Shown: positions 44,001 through 53,758 of the stretch, in pieces | How positions within the stretch are numbered: the stretch's first letter is position 1 | How the letters are laid out: every line of letters starts with the position of its first letter | From: Methanotrichaceae archaeon | GTDB lineage: Archaea; Halobacteriota; Methanosarcinia; Methanotrichales; Methanotrichaceae | Direction of reading: 5' to 3' | Length of the DNA stretch: 64,000 nucleotides | NCBI GenBank assembly: GCA_963813075.1 | Contig: CAWEXU010000004.1 | Span: 64,001 to 128,000 of the forward strand | Translations under genes and position numbers: made by a program | Notes under the pieces: generated by a model | The model's input: only the letters and a program-made list of their open reading frames with translations | The model's database searches: none | What the model was told of the DNA's origin: nothing

Positions 44001-44897
44001 GCATCGCTTCCGCCAAATTGAATATGGGAATCGTCTCTGGCCAGATGGGAAGATCTCAGGATGCAATTGAGCTATTCTCCCAGTCGATAGGAATGCTGGA
44101 GGGCCTGGGTGCACTGCCCGACCTATGCGAGGGCTATATCGCCGTCGCTTTGTTCAATATCCGGGAGGGGCAGACTATGCAGTCCCGATTCTATCTCTCC
44201 CGGGCGGAGACTCTGATCTCACGCACCGACTATCAGCCCCTGAAGATTCAGCTATACAGTGCCCAGGGCGAGCGCTTTCAGAGGGATTCGCTCTATTCCG
44301 AGGCTAAAAGCTGCTATGAGTCGGCACTGGCTCTCTCCCGCAGGCTATCTATTGCCCTACGAGGAGGCAAAGGCCATATCCAATCTCGGCCGTCTGGCCC
44401 TGGACAGGGGGGATTATGAGGATGCTCTAACCAGGATGAAGCAGGCTCTGGCGATATTCCGCCGCCTGGGGGCGTTGCTGGACATCGTTGCCGTCTACCG
44501 GGATATGACCCTCCTCTTCCTGGCCCGGGGGGACTATTCCCGGGCAGAGGAGATGGCCCTATTGAGGCAGCGGCAGGCCAGGGTCCTGGGACATGCTGAT
44601 TTGAACCTCCTGGCCCTGGCTGACCTGGCAGAGTGCGAGGCCCGAACCGGCAGGAAGGAGGAGGCCAGGGCGGACTATGCCCATGCATTGCAGCAGGTCC
44701 AAAAGGAGGGAGATAGGATTCCGTCATCCACCCTCCGTCAAATCTCCGAAAAGGCTATTGTGTTCCTCCAGGCCGATGCCGGCCTGCCGGATGGCGTCGA
44801 TCAGCTCCGCCTCTTGCGGGAGAGGCTGAGCGAAGGGAATTATGAGATGCTGACTGAGGAGCTTTTCCGCCGGCTGGAATGCAAGAGGATGGGCTAG
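41042..44897 (+). CDS. Very large TPR-repeat protein, frameshifted ~44350
   Basis: Many ~40-aa repeats A..L.NLG.VY...G....A...Y..SL; frame 44259..44897 continues the repeats. Confidence 0.85.
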
Positions 44898-45544
44898 AGG
44901 CCTGAGCCCATCATGGAGGGTAGAAGGCTGAGCTGGAAGTCTACCTTGGCCAGATCCTGCCTTATATTGGGGTCCTTGAGGAGCAGGTCCAGCTCAGTCA
45001 GCCTGCCGATCACTTCTCCCAGCCGGACTCCCTTGTGCTCGCTCCGGGAGCGAACAGGTGCATAATATATCTCTGCTCCCGAGCTATTCACATCCACTCC
45101 AAAGAAATCCTTGTCATAGAAGCCCTTAAACTGCTGGATTACCGGTTTGTAGACATTCTTTATAGCCGGGGCGTAGAACTCCGCCAGCATCACCTGCTGC
45201 ATTCTGTTCTTGCTATCGGCGATCCGCAGGCGGACGTATCCCTGGCCATGAATATAATTCCCGTAATGGACTCCATACTTGATGCGGGAGGTCAGATCCG
45301 TCTTCAGGCCGAATACGAACTCGCAGGTATCATCCGTCTCCGCAGGGTCAAGGTTGAGAAAGTACTTGATTAGGAGATTATAGCCGTTTTCAAAGGCGAT
45401 CCGGATATTGGACTCATCATTCTTTGAGCCGCTGACCAGAAAGCCGGAAACATCCCAGCCAAACATATTTCTGGCCTCTTCCTTTGTAAAAGAGTGCGAT
45501 GCAAACTCTTGAACCTTTTCCAGGAGATCTTGCATGGTTTCCAT
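44894..45544 (-). CDS. Hypothetical protein
   Basis: 216-aa ORF with host-like codon use; no recognised motif. Confidence 0.65.
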   Translation of the reverse strand: METMQDLLEKVQEFASHSFTKEEARNMFGWDVSGFLVSGSKNDESNIRIAFENGYNLLIKYFLNLDPAETDDTCEFVFGLKTDLTSRIKYGVHYGNYIHGQGYVRLRIADSKNRMQQVMLAEFYAPAIKNVYKPVIQQFKGFYDKDFFGVDVNSSGAEIYYAPVRSRSEHKGVRLGEVIGRLTELDLLLKDPNIRQDLAKVDFQLSLLPSMMGSGL

Positions 45545-45577
45545 TTTTATTCACTCAGTCCTTGAATCGGATAAACA

Positions 45578-46507
45578 TTATGGTAAGAGACCTCTGAGAA
45601 CCAGAGGGATGATCGCCGCCAACACAGTCAGAGCGATGGCGGATTGCATGAGCCTCACCGCCCGGAAGATATCCTGGGTCTTGGGATCGGACTTCTCTTC
45701 CAGCAATATATACTGGCCGGGCTTCTCCAGGCGGATGGCCAGGCTCCCGGCGGCTGCGGCCATAGGCCAGCCGGAGTTGGGGCTGGGGGTGGCGCGGTGA
45801 TATTTTAGAGCTGCTCTTATGGCCGCGCGGGCCCCGCCCGGCCGGGCCAGGGCGATCAATATGATGCTCAGCCGGGCTGGAATCCAGTTCGTCAGGTCGT
45901 CCAGCCTCGCTCCTGCATATCCCAGTTCCCGCAATCCGGGTTTCTTGTAGCCGATCATCGAGTCCATGGTGCTGATGGCCTTGAAGGCCACGGCCGCCTC
46001 CAGGCCCAGGCCGACGGGTGTGAAGAGAATATAATAGAATATTGGAGATAAAATGGAATCCACATAGTTCTCAGAGAGCGATTCTATCACCGCTGAGCTG
46101 GCCTGGGCCGGGCTGAGGGAGGCAGTGTCCCTTCCTACCAGGGCGGGCAGCATCTTTTTTGCCTGGTCGATATCCTGCTCTATCATCCGGCCGATGCTGC
46201 TTGAGGTCTCCAATAGGCATCTGATGGCGAATGTGGACTTCAAGAGATATGCCCCCACCAGGAGGGGCAGCACGGGCAGAAGATGCGCCGCCCTGACCAG
46301 CAGATGAGCGCCCAGGACGGAGGCTGAAATCACGATCATGGCCAGCAGGATGCCCTGCAGCTTCGAGGGGCCAGCCCGGGAACGCAGAAAGGAGATCAGC
46401 CTGCCGATCCAGACCACAGGATGAATGCGAACCGGCGGCTCACCGAGCAGGATGTCATAGGCTATGGCTAATAGAAATACCGCCAGAGCCTCTTCGATAG
46501 CAGTCAT
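45578..46507 (-). CDS. cbiB: Adenosylcobinamide-phosphate synthase
   Basis: GEP...HPVVWIG, LVGRDT, ESLSENYVD, DSMIGYK, SPNSGWPMAA. Confidence 0.94.
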   Translation of the reverse strand: MTAIEEALAVFLLAIAYDILLGEPPVRIHPVVWIGRLISFLRSRAGPSKLQGILLAMIVISASVLGAHLLVRAAHLLPVLPLLVGAYLLKSTFAIRCLLETSSSIGRMIEQDIDQAKKMLPALVGRDTASLSPAQASSAVIESLSENYVDSILSPIFYYILFTPVGLGLEAAVAFKAISTMDSMIGYKKPGLRELGYAGARLDDLTNWIPARLSIILIALARPGGARAAIRAALKYHRATPSPNSGWPMAAAAGSLAIRLEKPGQYILLEEKSDPKTQDIFRAVRLMQSAIALTVLAAIIPLVLRGLLP

Positions 46508-46746
46508 AGCCGCTCCGCCAGGCTCTTCCAGACCTGGGTGATGGGCTGGCCCTGCATCAGCCCGTCGAGCACCATCTCCGCCACCTCATTTTGGTGGACG
46601 ATCTGGCAATTCTCACAGCACCAGGAGCCATCTTTATCTCTGCCTCCCGTTCTCACATCCCGGCAGGGGTAAAAGGGGCAGAAGCATAAGGAGCAGTCCT
46701 GCTCGGAGTAGTGGCAGGGAAACCTCTCGCAGCTCAGTCTTTGCAT
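46504..46746 (-). CDS. Cysteine-rich small domain protein (cobamide cluster)
   Basis: C..FPCH...QDCSLCFCPFYPC...WCCENC..VH. Confidence 0.85.
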   Translation of the reverse strand: MQRLSCERFPCHYSEQDCSLCFCPFYPCRDVRTGGRDKDGSWCCENCQIVHQNEVAEMVLDGLMQGQPITQVWKSLAERL

Positions 46747-47828
46747 TTCAATGCCTGCTCCAGAACACTGACCAGTCGCTCGTTCTCCTCGTGGCCTCTC
46801 ACCGCCACCCGGATGTAGCTCTTATTCAGGCCGAAGGACTGGCAGTCCCTTATCAGCACACCTTGGGCCATGGTGCGCTCCGCCAGGAGATCAGAATCAA
46901 TTCCCGAGGACTTGATGTTCACCAGGATGAAGTTCACCCGGCTGGGCAGTGGATCCAGGCCCAGCTCCTTCAGGGCGGGGATGAGATAATTCAGCTCCTC
47001 TGCGATCAACTCCCTTGATTGGTGCAGGTGGTCCTCACACCCCAGGAGATATTCTGCCGCAGCAGCAGCGATGGAGCCGATGGACCAGGGTATTCTCGCC
47101 CGGTTCATGATCTGGGCAAAGAGGGGGTTGGTCACCCCAAAGCCCAGCCGCAGCCCTGGCACTCCAAAGGACTTGGTCAGGGATCTCATCACAAAGAGGT
47201 ACTCCCTGCCAGGGGCATAGCGAGCCACGCTCTCCTCCGGGCAGGAGAGCTCTATGAAGGCCTCATCCACCAGCATGAAGACCTGGGCCTCTTCGCATCT
47301 GTCCGCCAGATCCAGAACCTGATTTTGGGAGAGCAGCCATCCGGTGGGGTTATTGGGATTGCAGAGAAACAGGGCCTTGGCCCGTTCCAGGTCGGAGTGG
47401 CTAAGGCGAGGAAGGCCGTCTCCGCCGATCGCCAGCCTTTCGGTCCTCCCTCCGGCGAGTTGTGACTGATTCTCATACTCTCCAAAGGTGGGTGCGGGAA
47501 TTAGAGCCCGGTCTCCATCCTCCAGCACTGCCTCCGCGAAGAGCCTGATCAGCTCGGACGAGCCGTTGCCGGGAACGATGCATTCCGGGTCGACCTGGAC
47601 AAAGCGGGCCGCTGCGCGACAGAATCCCCGGTAGCTGCTGTCCGGATAATTTCCGATCTGTTTGAGCTCTCCTGCCACCAGCTCCTCCAGGGGAGGCGAT
47701 CCCAGGGGATTGATATTGGCGGAGAAGTCCAGCGGCTCAGCTCCCAGTTTCAACCTCGCTTCCTGCACCTTGCCACCGTGCTTGCACTCCCCGGCAGTGG
47801 CAAAGCTCTTCCGCAATCGATTTTTCAT
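46734..47828 (-). CDS. cobD: L-threonine-O-3-phosphate decarboxylase
   Basis: HGG, DFSANINPLG, CNPNNPTG, VDEAFI, RSLTKSFGVPGLRLG; next to cbiB. Confidence 0.9.
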   Translation of the reverse strand: MKNRLRKSFATAGECKHGGKVQEARLKLGAEPLDFSANINPLGSPPLEELVAGELKQIGNYPDSSYRGFCRAAARFVQVDPECIVPGNGSSELIRLFAEAVLEDGDRALIPAPTFGEYENQSQLAGGRTERLAIGGDGLPRLSHSDLERAKALFLCNPNNPTGWLLSQNQVLDLADRCEEAQVFMLVDEAFIELSCPEESVARYAPGREYLFVMRSLTKSFGVPGLRLGFGVTNPLFAQIMNRARIPWSIGSIAAAAAEYLLGCEDHLHQSRELIAEELNYLIPALKELGLDPLPSRVNFILVNIKSSGIDSDLLAERTMAQGVLIRDCQSFGLNKSYIRVAVRGHEENERLVSVLEQALKCKD

Positions 47829-47919
47829 AAGTCGTTGTGGCCTTCAATGTACTGGCATTTCAAGCTTGTGGGCAGAGCACCCTCTATTAACAATAGTGAT
47901 TTGATAGGGCGCTGTTAGC

Positions 47920-48010
47920 CGATAATTTATATATAAAATTAATATTATGTTTAAGAATTAAAATTATTAAAATTCTATATTAATCTGTATCCGAAAGGGT
48001 TTTATCTACT
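47920..48010 (+). promoter_or_regulatory. AT-rich promoter region of the ACDS operon
   Basis: Very AT-rich tract; BRE/TATA-like cgaaagggt-tttatcta ~47991-48008; RBS gaggagg before cdhA. Confidence 0.5.
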
Positions 48011-48061
48011 CTATGCGAACTCAAGCGGCGTATATCAAAGGAAGAGGAGGCTAAGATTCCG

Positions 48062-50479
48062 ATGGCAACAAGAGAAGGCAGCTTTTCGGTTGAGGACATG
48101 AAGAACGTCCAGATCAACATAGGAGCTGTCGTTAAAGAGGCAGAGGAATGGGACCAGGAGATGGGTCCAGTTCCTAAGCCCGGTGTGGCGACGCTGCGCA
48201 GCTGGGATCACATACTTGCTAACCGATACAGGATCATGTATGCCCCGGCGGATGATACATGCACCCTTTGTACCTACGGCCCGTGCGACCTGACCGGAAA
48301 CAAGAAGGGCGCCTGCGGTATTGATCAGGCCGGCGCCTGCGGCAAGATCGTTTTAATTGCCTGTCTGATGGGCTGCTGTGCACATGCCGCTCATGGCAGG
48401 CATCTCTATCACTGGTGTGTGGACAAGTTCGGCGATATGAAGTTCGATATGGGCGACGAAATTTTGGTGGACTCTCCCATATATCAGACCATTGTGGGAA
48501 CCAAGCCAAAGAGCTTCAAGGACTTCGAGGAAGGGCTCTACTATCTTGAGGAGCAGGTCGTACAGCTTCTTGCGGCTACCCATACCGGCCAGGAGGGTGC
48601 TTACATAGACTTCGAGTCCAAGGCTCTTCATGCGGGCAGACTGGACCTCCTGGGCATGGAGATCTGCGATATGCTGCAGATCGTGGCCTATGACATGCCT
48701 CGCGGGAATGCAGATGCTCCAATCATCGAGATCGGCATGGGCACCATGGATCAGAATAAGGGCGTTCTCATCGCCTACGGCCACAACCTGGCAGCCGGTG
48801 CTGAGGCCATGATCTATGCTGAGAACAACAACCTCTGGGACAAAGTGGATATCGGCGGCGTCTGCTGCACAGCGCACGACCTGAACAGGATCGGCACTGG
48901 AACGGGCGAGTTGAGGGTGCCCAAGGATATAGGAAAGAAGCCCAAGGTAGCAGGAGCGATGGGCTGGTGGAGAAAGATGATCCGCTCCGGTGTCATGGAC
49001 TGCGTGATGGTGGACGAGCAGTGCGTCTTCTGCGATGTCCTCGGCGACGCCGAGAAGCGCAAGATCCCGGTCATTGCCACCACCGATAAGATCATGCTCG
49101 GCCTGCCGGACAGGACCAATGATTCCGTTGATGCCATAGTTGACGACCTGGTGAGCTTTAAGGTTCCAGGCGTTGCAGTCCTCGACCCGGTTAAGGCAGG
49201 AGAGATCGGCATCAGAGTAGCCATTGCGGTTAAACCCAAGAGGGCTGAGGCCAAGATCCAGAACCTGATCACAGAAGAGCAGTTCCAGGAAGGCCTCAAG
49301 AAATGCACCCAGTGCAATGAGTGCGCCTTCGTCTGTCCGCCACATATCAGAATCAGCAAGCTCATCGCTGAAGCGCTCAAGGGCAACAATCAGGAGTTCT
49401 CCAACTTCTATGAGATCTGCGTTGGCTGCGGAAGATGCGAACAGACTTGCCCCCAGGGCATAAACATCCTGGACCTTTTCGAGTATGCCAACCGCCAGGC
49501 AGTAAAGGATCAGAAGTTCAAGATGAGGTCCGGACGGGGACCTGCCCGCGACACTGAGATCAGGGCGGTGGGCGCTCCGCTCGTGCTGGGCACCATCCCT
49601 GGCGTTATCGCTCTGGTGGGATGCAGCAACTATCCCAACGGCACCAAGGAGTGCTACGACATTGCCAAGGAGTTCGTGGACCGGGGCTACATCGTCGTCA
49701 CCTCCGGCTGTATGGCCATGGATATGTCCCTTTACACCGATGAAGACGGCAAGACCATCTGGGAGCAGTTTGGCGGGGCCTTCGACGGCAGAAACATCTG
49801 CAACACCGGCTCATGCGTATCCAATGCCAACATCGGCGACGCAGCCATCAAGGTGGCCACCATATTCGCCCACAGAAACCACAGAGGCAACTTCGACGAT
49901 GTAGCTGACTACATCCTGAACAAGGTTGGTGCCTGCGGTGTGGCCTGGGGAGCATACTCTCAGAAGGCGGCATCAATCGCCACCGGTTGCAACGCACTGG
50001 GCATCCCGGTAGTCGTTCAGCCTCATTCGGTCATGTACCGCCGCTCATTCATGGGCAGGACGGACAATCCCGAGGACTGGATGGTAATCGATGCTCGTGA
50101 TGGCTCCATGCAGCAGATCGAGCCAGCACCCGAGGCCTTACTTTACGTTGCCGAGACCAAGGAAGAAGCAATGATGGAGATGGCCAAGCTCTGCTTCAGA
50201 CCATCGGACAACAGCATTGGCAGGGCAATCAAGCTGACCCACTACTGCGATATCTCCATGAAGTACTGCGGCAAGCTGCCCGATGACTGGCACATCTTCG
50301 TCCGCGACACCAAGGACCTTCCTCTGACCTACAAGGAACAGATGATGAAGGAGCTGGAGTCCAAGCACGGCTGGCAGGTTGACTGGAAGGCGAAGAAGTT
50401 CATCTCCGGGCCGATGAGACCTGCGGATGTTAGCTTTGATCCGACCAACCTGGCAAGGAAGATCAGGGCTAAAAAGTGA
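48062..50479 (+). CDS. cdhA: ACDS complex alpha subunit (CO dehydrogenase)
   Basis: CTLCTYGPCDL, AHAAHGRH, GHN, GVCCTA, two ferredoxin motifs, GSCVSN, AYSQKA. Confidence 0.97.
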   Translation: MATREGSFSVEDMKNVQINIGAVVKEAEEWDQEMGPVPKPGVATLRSWDHILANRYRIMYAPADDTCTLCTYGPCDLTGNKKGACGIDQAGACGKIVLIACLMGCCAHAAHGRHLYHWCVDKFGDMKFDMGDEILVDSPIYQTIVGTKPKSFKDFEEGLYYLEEQVVQLLAATHTGQEGAYIDFESKALHAGRLDLLGMEICDMLQIVAYDMPRGNADAPIIEIGMGTMDQNKGVLIAYGHNLAAGAEAMIYAENNNLWDKVDIGGVCCTAHDLNRIGTGTGELRVPKDIGKKPKVAGAMGWWRKMIRSGVMDCVMVDEQCVFCDVLGDAEKRKIPVIATTDKIMLGLPDRTNDSVDAIVDDLVSFKVPGVAVLDPVKAGEIGIRVAIAVKPKRAEAKIQNLITEEQFQEGLKKCTQCNECAFVCPPHIRISKLIAEALKGNNQEFSNFYEICVGCGRCEQTCPQGINILDLFEYANRQAVKDQKFKMRSGRGPARDTEIRAVGAPLVLGTIPGVIALVGCSNYPNGTKECYDIAKEFVDRGYIVVTSGCMAMDMSLYTDEDGKTIWEQFGGAFDGRNICNTGSCVSNANIGDAAIKVATIFAHRNHRGNFDDVADYILNKVGACGVAWGAYSQKAASIATGCNALGIPVVVQPHSVMYRRSFMGRTDNPEDWMVIDARDGSMQQIEPAPEALLYVAETKEEAMMEMAKLCFRPSDNSIGRAIKLTHYCDISMKYCGKLPDDWHIFVRDTKDLPLTYKEQMMKELESKHGWQVDWKAKKFISGPMRPADVSFDPTNLARKIRAKK

Positions 50480-50499
50480 GGGAGAAGGAGGATATAAAA

Positions 50500-51063
50500 A
50501 TGGCAGGAGAAGTTAAAAAGGGAATTGACACCACCAGAAACCCAATTCCCTTTGAGATGGCCCAGATACCAGGGCCAGAGATGGCCAAGACCTACATGCC
50601 CAAGGTCATAGGCGCTATAATCAAGAAGGCGAAGAGGCCACTCCTCGTAGTAGGAGCAGAGCTTTTCGATGACCCCATCATGTTCGATAAGATGATCGAG
50701 ATCGGCAAGATGGGCATACCGATTGCCGCCACAGCGCATTCCGTTAAGGGCTTTGTGGATAGAGGCTACCTGGATAACGTCTATCAGATCGGCCTGCACC
50801 CTCTGACCGCCAACCTGCGCTTCCCAGATTGGAAGGGCCTGGATGGACAGGGGCAGTACGATGTGGTCATATTCATGGGCATCTTCTACAAGTTCGCCAA
50901 TGCGATGTTCTCGACCCTGAAGAACTTCAACCGGGACATCAAGCGCGTCTCCATTGACCGCTACTATCATGTCAATGCCAATATGACCTTTGGCAACATG
51001 GCCTTCAATCCGGACGACTATCACGCCGCTGTGGACGAAATAATCGCAGCGATGAAGAAATAA
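50500..51063 (+). CDS. cdhB: ACDS complex epsilon subunit
   Basis: KAKRPLLVVG, WKGLDGQGQYD, IDRYYH.NA. Confidence 0.95.
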   Translation: MAGEVKKGIDTTRNPIPFEMAQIPGPEMAKTYMPKVIGAIIKKAKRPLLVVGAELFDDPIMFDKMIEIGKMGIPIAATAHSVKGFVDRGYLDNVYQIGLHPLTANLRFPDWKGLDGQGQYDVVIFMGIFYKFANAMFSTLKNFNRDIKRVSIDRYYHVNANMTFGNMAFNPDDYHAAVDEIIAAMKK

Positions 51064-51102
51064 AATTTATCTCATAACAATAGAAACAGAAGAGGTGTAT
51101 TA

Positions 51103-52509
51103 ATGGCAGATATAAAGTTGGACATATCCCCTATGTATGAGGGCGAGAGAATCAGAAAGGACGATCTATGGGTAGAGCTGGGCGGCCCCAAGGCAGACGG
51201 ATTCGAGCTGTCCCTGGCCACTCCCATGGACCAGATTGAGGATGGAAAGGTAACAGTTATCGGCCCCGACCTCGGAGAGACCCCTGAGGGCACCACCATG
51301 CCCTTTGGCATGATCTTCAGAGTTGCCGGCGAGAAGATCGAGAAGGACCTGGAGTCCATCATCGAGAGGCGCAACCATGCCCTTCTCTCCTACATAAGTG
51401 GCCTCATGCACCTCAACCAGAGATACGATATCTGGATGAGAATAGGCAAGAGCCTCAAGAAGAAGGGAGTCACCTCCTGGAAGGAGATCTACGGCCCGGT
51501 CATTGACCTGTACAAGGCCGAGATGCCATTCATTGAGAAGATGGACATCACCATCGTCACCGATCCAGCAAAGGTCAAAGAAGAGCTGGCCAAGGCCATG
51601 GCCGTATACAAGACCCGCGATGAGCGCGCCAAGGGACTGCACGATGAGGATGTCGATGTATTCTACGGCTGCACTCTCTGCCAGGCATTCGCACCCACCA
51701 GCGCCTGCGTGGTAACCCCGGACAGGCCATCACTGTGCGGAGCTATCACCTGGTTCGACGGCAGGGCTGCCGCCAAGGTGGACCCAGAGGGCCCCCAGTT
51801 CCCCATAGAGAAGGGAAACGCAGTTGACGCAGTTGCCGGCGAGTATGCTGCCATCAATGAGATGGCCGAGAAGAGGTCCGGCGGCGAGTACAGCAGCATG
51901 AAGCTGTACACATTCTTCGATGCTCCCCACACCTCCTGCGGCTGCTTCGAGACCATTGGCTTCTACATGCCTGAGGTTGACGGCATCGGCCTTGCCGACC
52001 GTGACTTCAAGGGCGCAACCCCCAACGGACTGCCCTTCTCCACCATGGCTGGACAGACCGGCGGCGGCAAGCAGGTCGTAGGCTTCCTGGGCATGGGCAT
52101 TCTCTACTACTTCTCCCCCAAGTTCCTCCAGGCCGATGGCGGCTGGAGAAGGATCGTCTGGATGTCCAAGGGCCTCAAGGAGAGGGTAAAGGAAGGCATC
52201 GATGCTGACATGATGGACAAGATCGCCACCGAGGACGATGCCAAGGACATCGCCGCCCTCAAGGCATTCCTGCTCAAGGTCAACCATCCGGTAGTCGATG
52301 GTGTCACCAGAAAGGTGGACGGCCAGAAGGTCACCGAGGGCTGGAAGCTTGAAGAGATTGATGATGACATCAAGGCGAAGGTCATGGCCTATATCGAGAA
52401 GACCGGCGGAGACATCAACATGGATACCGTCAAGTCCGAGCTTGCTCTGACCGAAGGCCAGTTCATGCAGGTCGTCGAGGCCTTGCAGGAAGACGGCGTG
52501 CTCGAGTGA
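51103..52509 (+). CDS. cdhC: ACDS complex beta subunit (acetyl-CoA synthase)
   Basis: YEGERIRK, FYGCTLCQ.FAP, SLCGAI, PHTSCGCFE, DGGWRRIVW. Confidence 0.97.
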   Translation: MADIKLDISPMYEGERIRKDDLWVELGGPKADGFELSLATPMDQIEDGKVTVIGPDLGETPEGTTMPFGMIFRVAGEKIEKDLESIIERRNHALLSYISGLMHLNQRYDIWMRIGKSLKKKGVTSWKEIYGPVIDLYKAEMPFIEKMDITIVTDPAKVKEELAKAMAVYKTRDERAKGLHDEDVDVFYGCTLCQAFAPTSACVVTPDRPSLCGAITWFDGRAAAKVDPEGPQFPIEKGNAVDAVAGEYAAINEMAEKRSGGEYSSMKLYTFFDAPHTSCGCFETIGFYMPEVDGIGLADRDFKGATPNGLPFSTMAGQTGGGKQVVGFLGMGILYYFSPKFLQADGGWRRIVWMSKGLKERVKEGIDADMMDKIATEDDAKDIAALKAFLLKVNHPVVDGVTRKVDGQKVTEGWKLEEIDDDIKAKVMAYIEKTGGDINMDTVKSELALTEGQFMQVVEALQEDGVLE

Positions 52510-52541
52510 GCAGATCCAAATCTATGAGAGGGTGTTAAACT

Positions 52542-52712
52542 ATGCAGCTAAAACTTAAACCAAAGGCACCTGCAGCCGCGGCTCCAGCAGCCGCACCTGC
52601 AGCAGCAGGCGCAGCAGCACCAGCCATAAGCATGTCCGGCAGCGCCGGCGGCATAAAGCTGATCCTGAAGGATGCCAAGATAAGCATAGATAAGGTAGTA
52701 CTCGCCAAGTAG
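52542..52712 (+). CDS. 56-aa microprotein resembling the CdhC C-terminal tail (paralog 1)
   Basis: RBS gagggtg; MQLKLKPKAPAAAAPAAAPAAAGAAAPAISMSGSAGGIKLILKDAKISIDKVVLAK*. Below the ORF-track cutoff. Confidence 0.85.
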   Translation: MQLKLKPKAPAAAAPAAAPAAAGAAAPAISMSGSAGGIKLILKDAKISIDKVVLAK

Positions 52713-52795
52713 AGTACCGCCTTTTTCTCCCTTTTTTGGGAGATGCGGTTTTCTGCGAGTACAGTTATCTGATCAAAAAGTGAGGGAGAGATATT

Positions 52796-52972
52796 ATGCA
52801 GCTTAAGCTTAAGAAAAAGGAAGCGGCTCCGGCCGCAGCAGCAGCAGCACCTGCAGCAGGCGCAGCAGCTCCGGCTTTCGCTATGCCAGCAGCAGCATCG
52901 GGTGGGATGACCATTGAACTGAGGGGCGCATCCATCCACGTAGCAGAAGTCGTAATAAGACCGAAAAAATAA
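52796..52972 (+). CDS. 58-aa microprotein (paralog 2)
   Basis: RBS gagggag; MQLKLKKKEAAPAAAAAAPAAGAAAPAFAMPAAASGGMTIELRGASIHVAEVVIRPKK*. Confidence 0.85.
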   Translation: MQLKLKKKEAAPAAAAAAPAAGAAAPAFAMPAAASGGMTIELRGASIHVAEVVIRPKK

Positions 52973-52985
52973 GGAAGGCTAGACT

Positions 52986-53747
52986 TTGGGGAAAGTAATA
53001 GCGATAACTGGCAAAGGCGGCACCGGCAAGACCGCAGTGACCGCGATGCTCATCAGACATATTGTGAAAAGCACCGGGAAAAAGTATCAGGTCCTTGTTA
53101 TCGACGCCGATTCGGACGCCAACCTGGCGGACGCACTGGGCGTAAAGGTGGGAAAGACCATCGGCGACATGAGGGAATTCATGCAGCAATCCCGGTTCAC
53201 AACCTCTCCAGACACAGATAAACAGGTTCTTTTCGAGTCAAAGCTCTTCGAGATCCTCCTTGAGGAGGAGGGCTACGATCTTCTTGTGATGGGCAAGCCG
53301 GAAGGATCCGGATGCTACTGTTTTGTCAACAATCTTCTCCGCGGCATCATGGATAAGACCACGGCAAACTACGATCTGATCATCATCGACACCCCTGCGG
53401 GTCTCGAACACTTCAGCCGGAAGACAATTCCTGATCTGAACGATCTGATTTTGGTGACAGACGAATCCCGTCGGGGTCTTACCACGGGCGAGCGGATAAG
53501 AGACACCGCCCGGGAGATAGATCTGAAGTACGAGCATCTCTATGTGATCGTGAACAAGGTCACCGCAGGAAGGAAAGAGAAGGTCCTGGAGAACGCTAAG
53601 AGTATAGGCCTGGATGTTATCGGCACTGTCCCCTATGATGAGAGCTTAGCCAAATTCGATTTAGTGGGAGATCCATTGATGGGCCTTCCCGATGATTCGC
53701 CTGCAGTGCAAGAGATGGCGAATGTCGTCGGGAAACTGGGCCTGTGA
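52986..53747 (+). CDS. cooC: CooC/AcsF-type nickel-insertion ATPase
   Basis: [33 protein letters not shown]. Confidence 0.92.
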   Translation: MGKVIAITGKGGTGKTAVTAMLIRHIVKSTGKKYQVLVIDADSDANLADALGVKVGKTIGDMREFMQQSRFTTSPDTDKQVLFESKLFEILLEEEGYDLLVMGKPEGSGCYCFVNNLLRGIMDKTTANYDLIIIDTPAGLEHFSRKTIPDLNDLILVTDESRRGLTTGERIRDTAREIDLKYEHLYVIVNKVTAGRKEKVLENAKSIGLDVIGTVPYDESLAKFDLVGDPLMGLPDDSPAVQEMANVVGKLGL

Positions 53748-53758
53748 GGGTGATTCGA

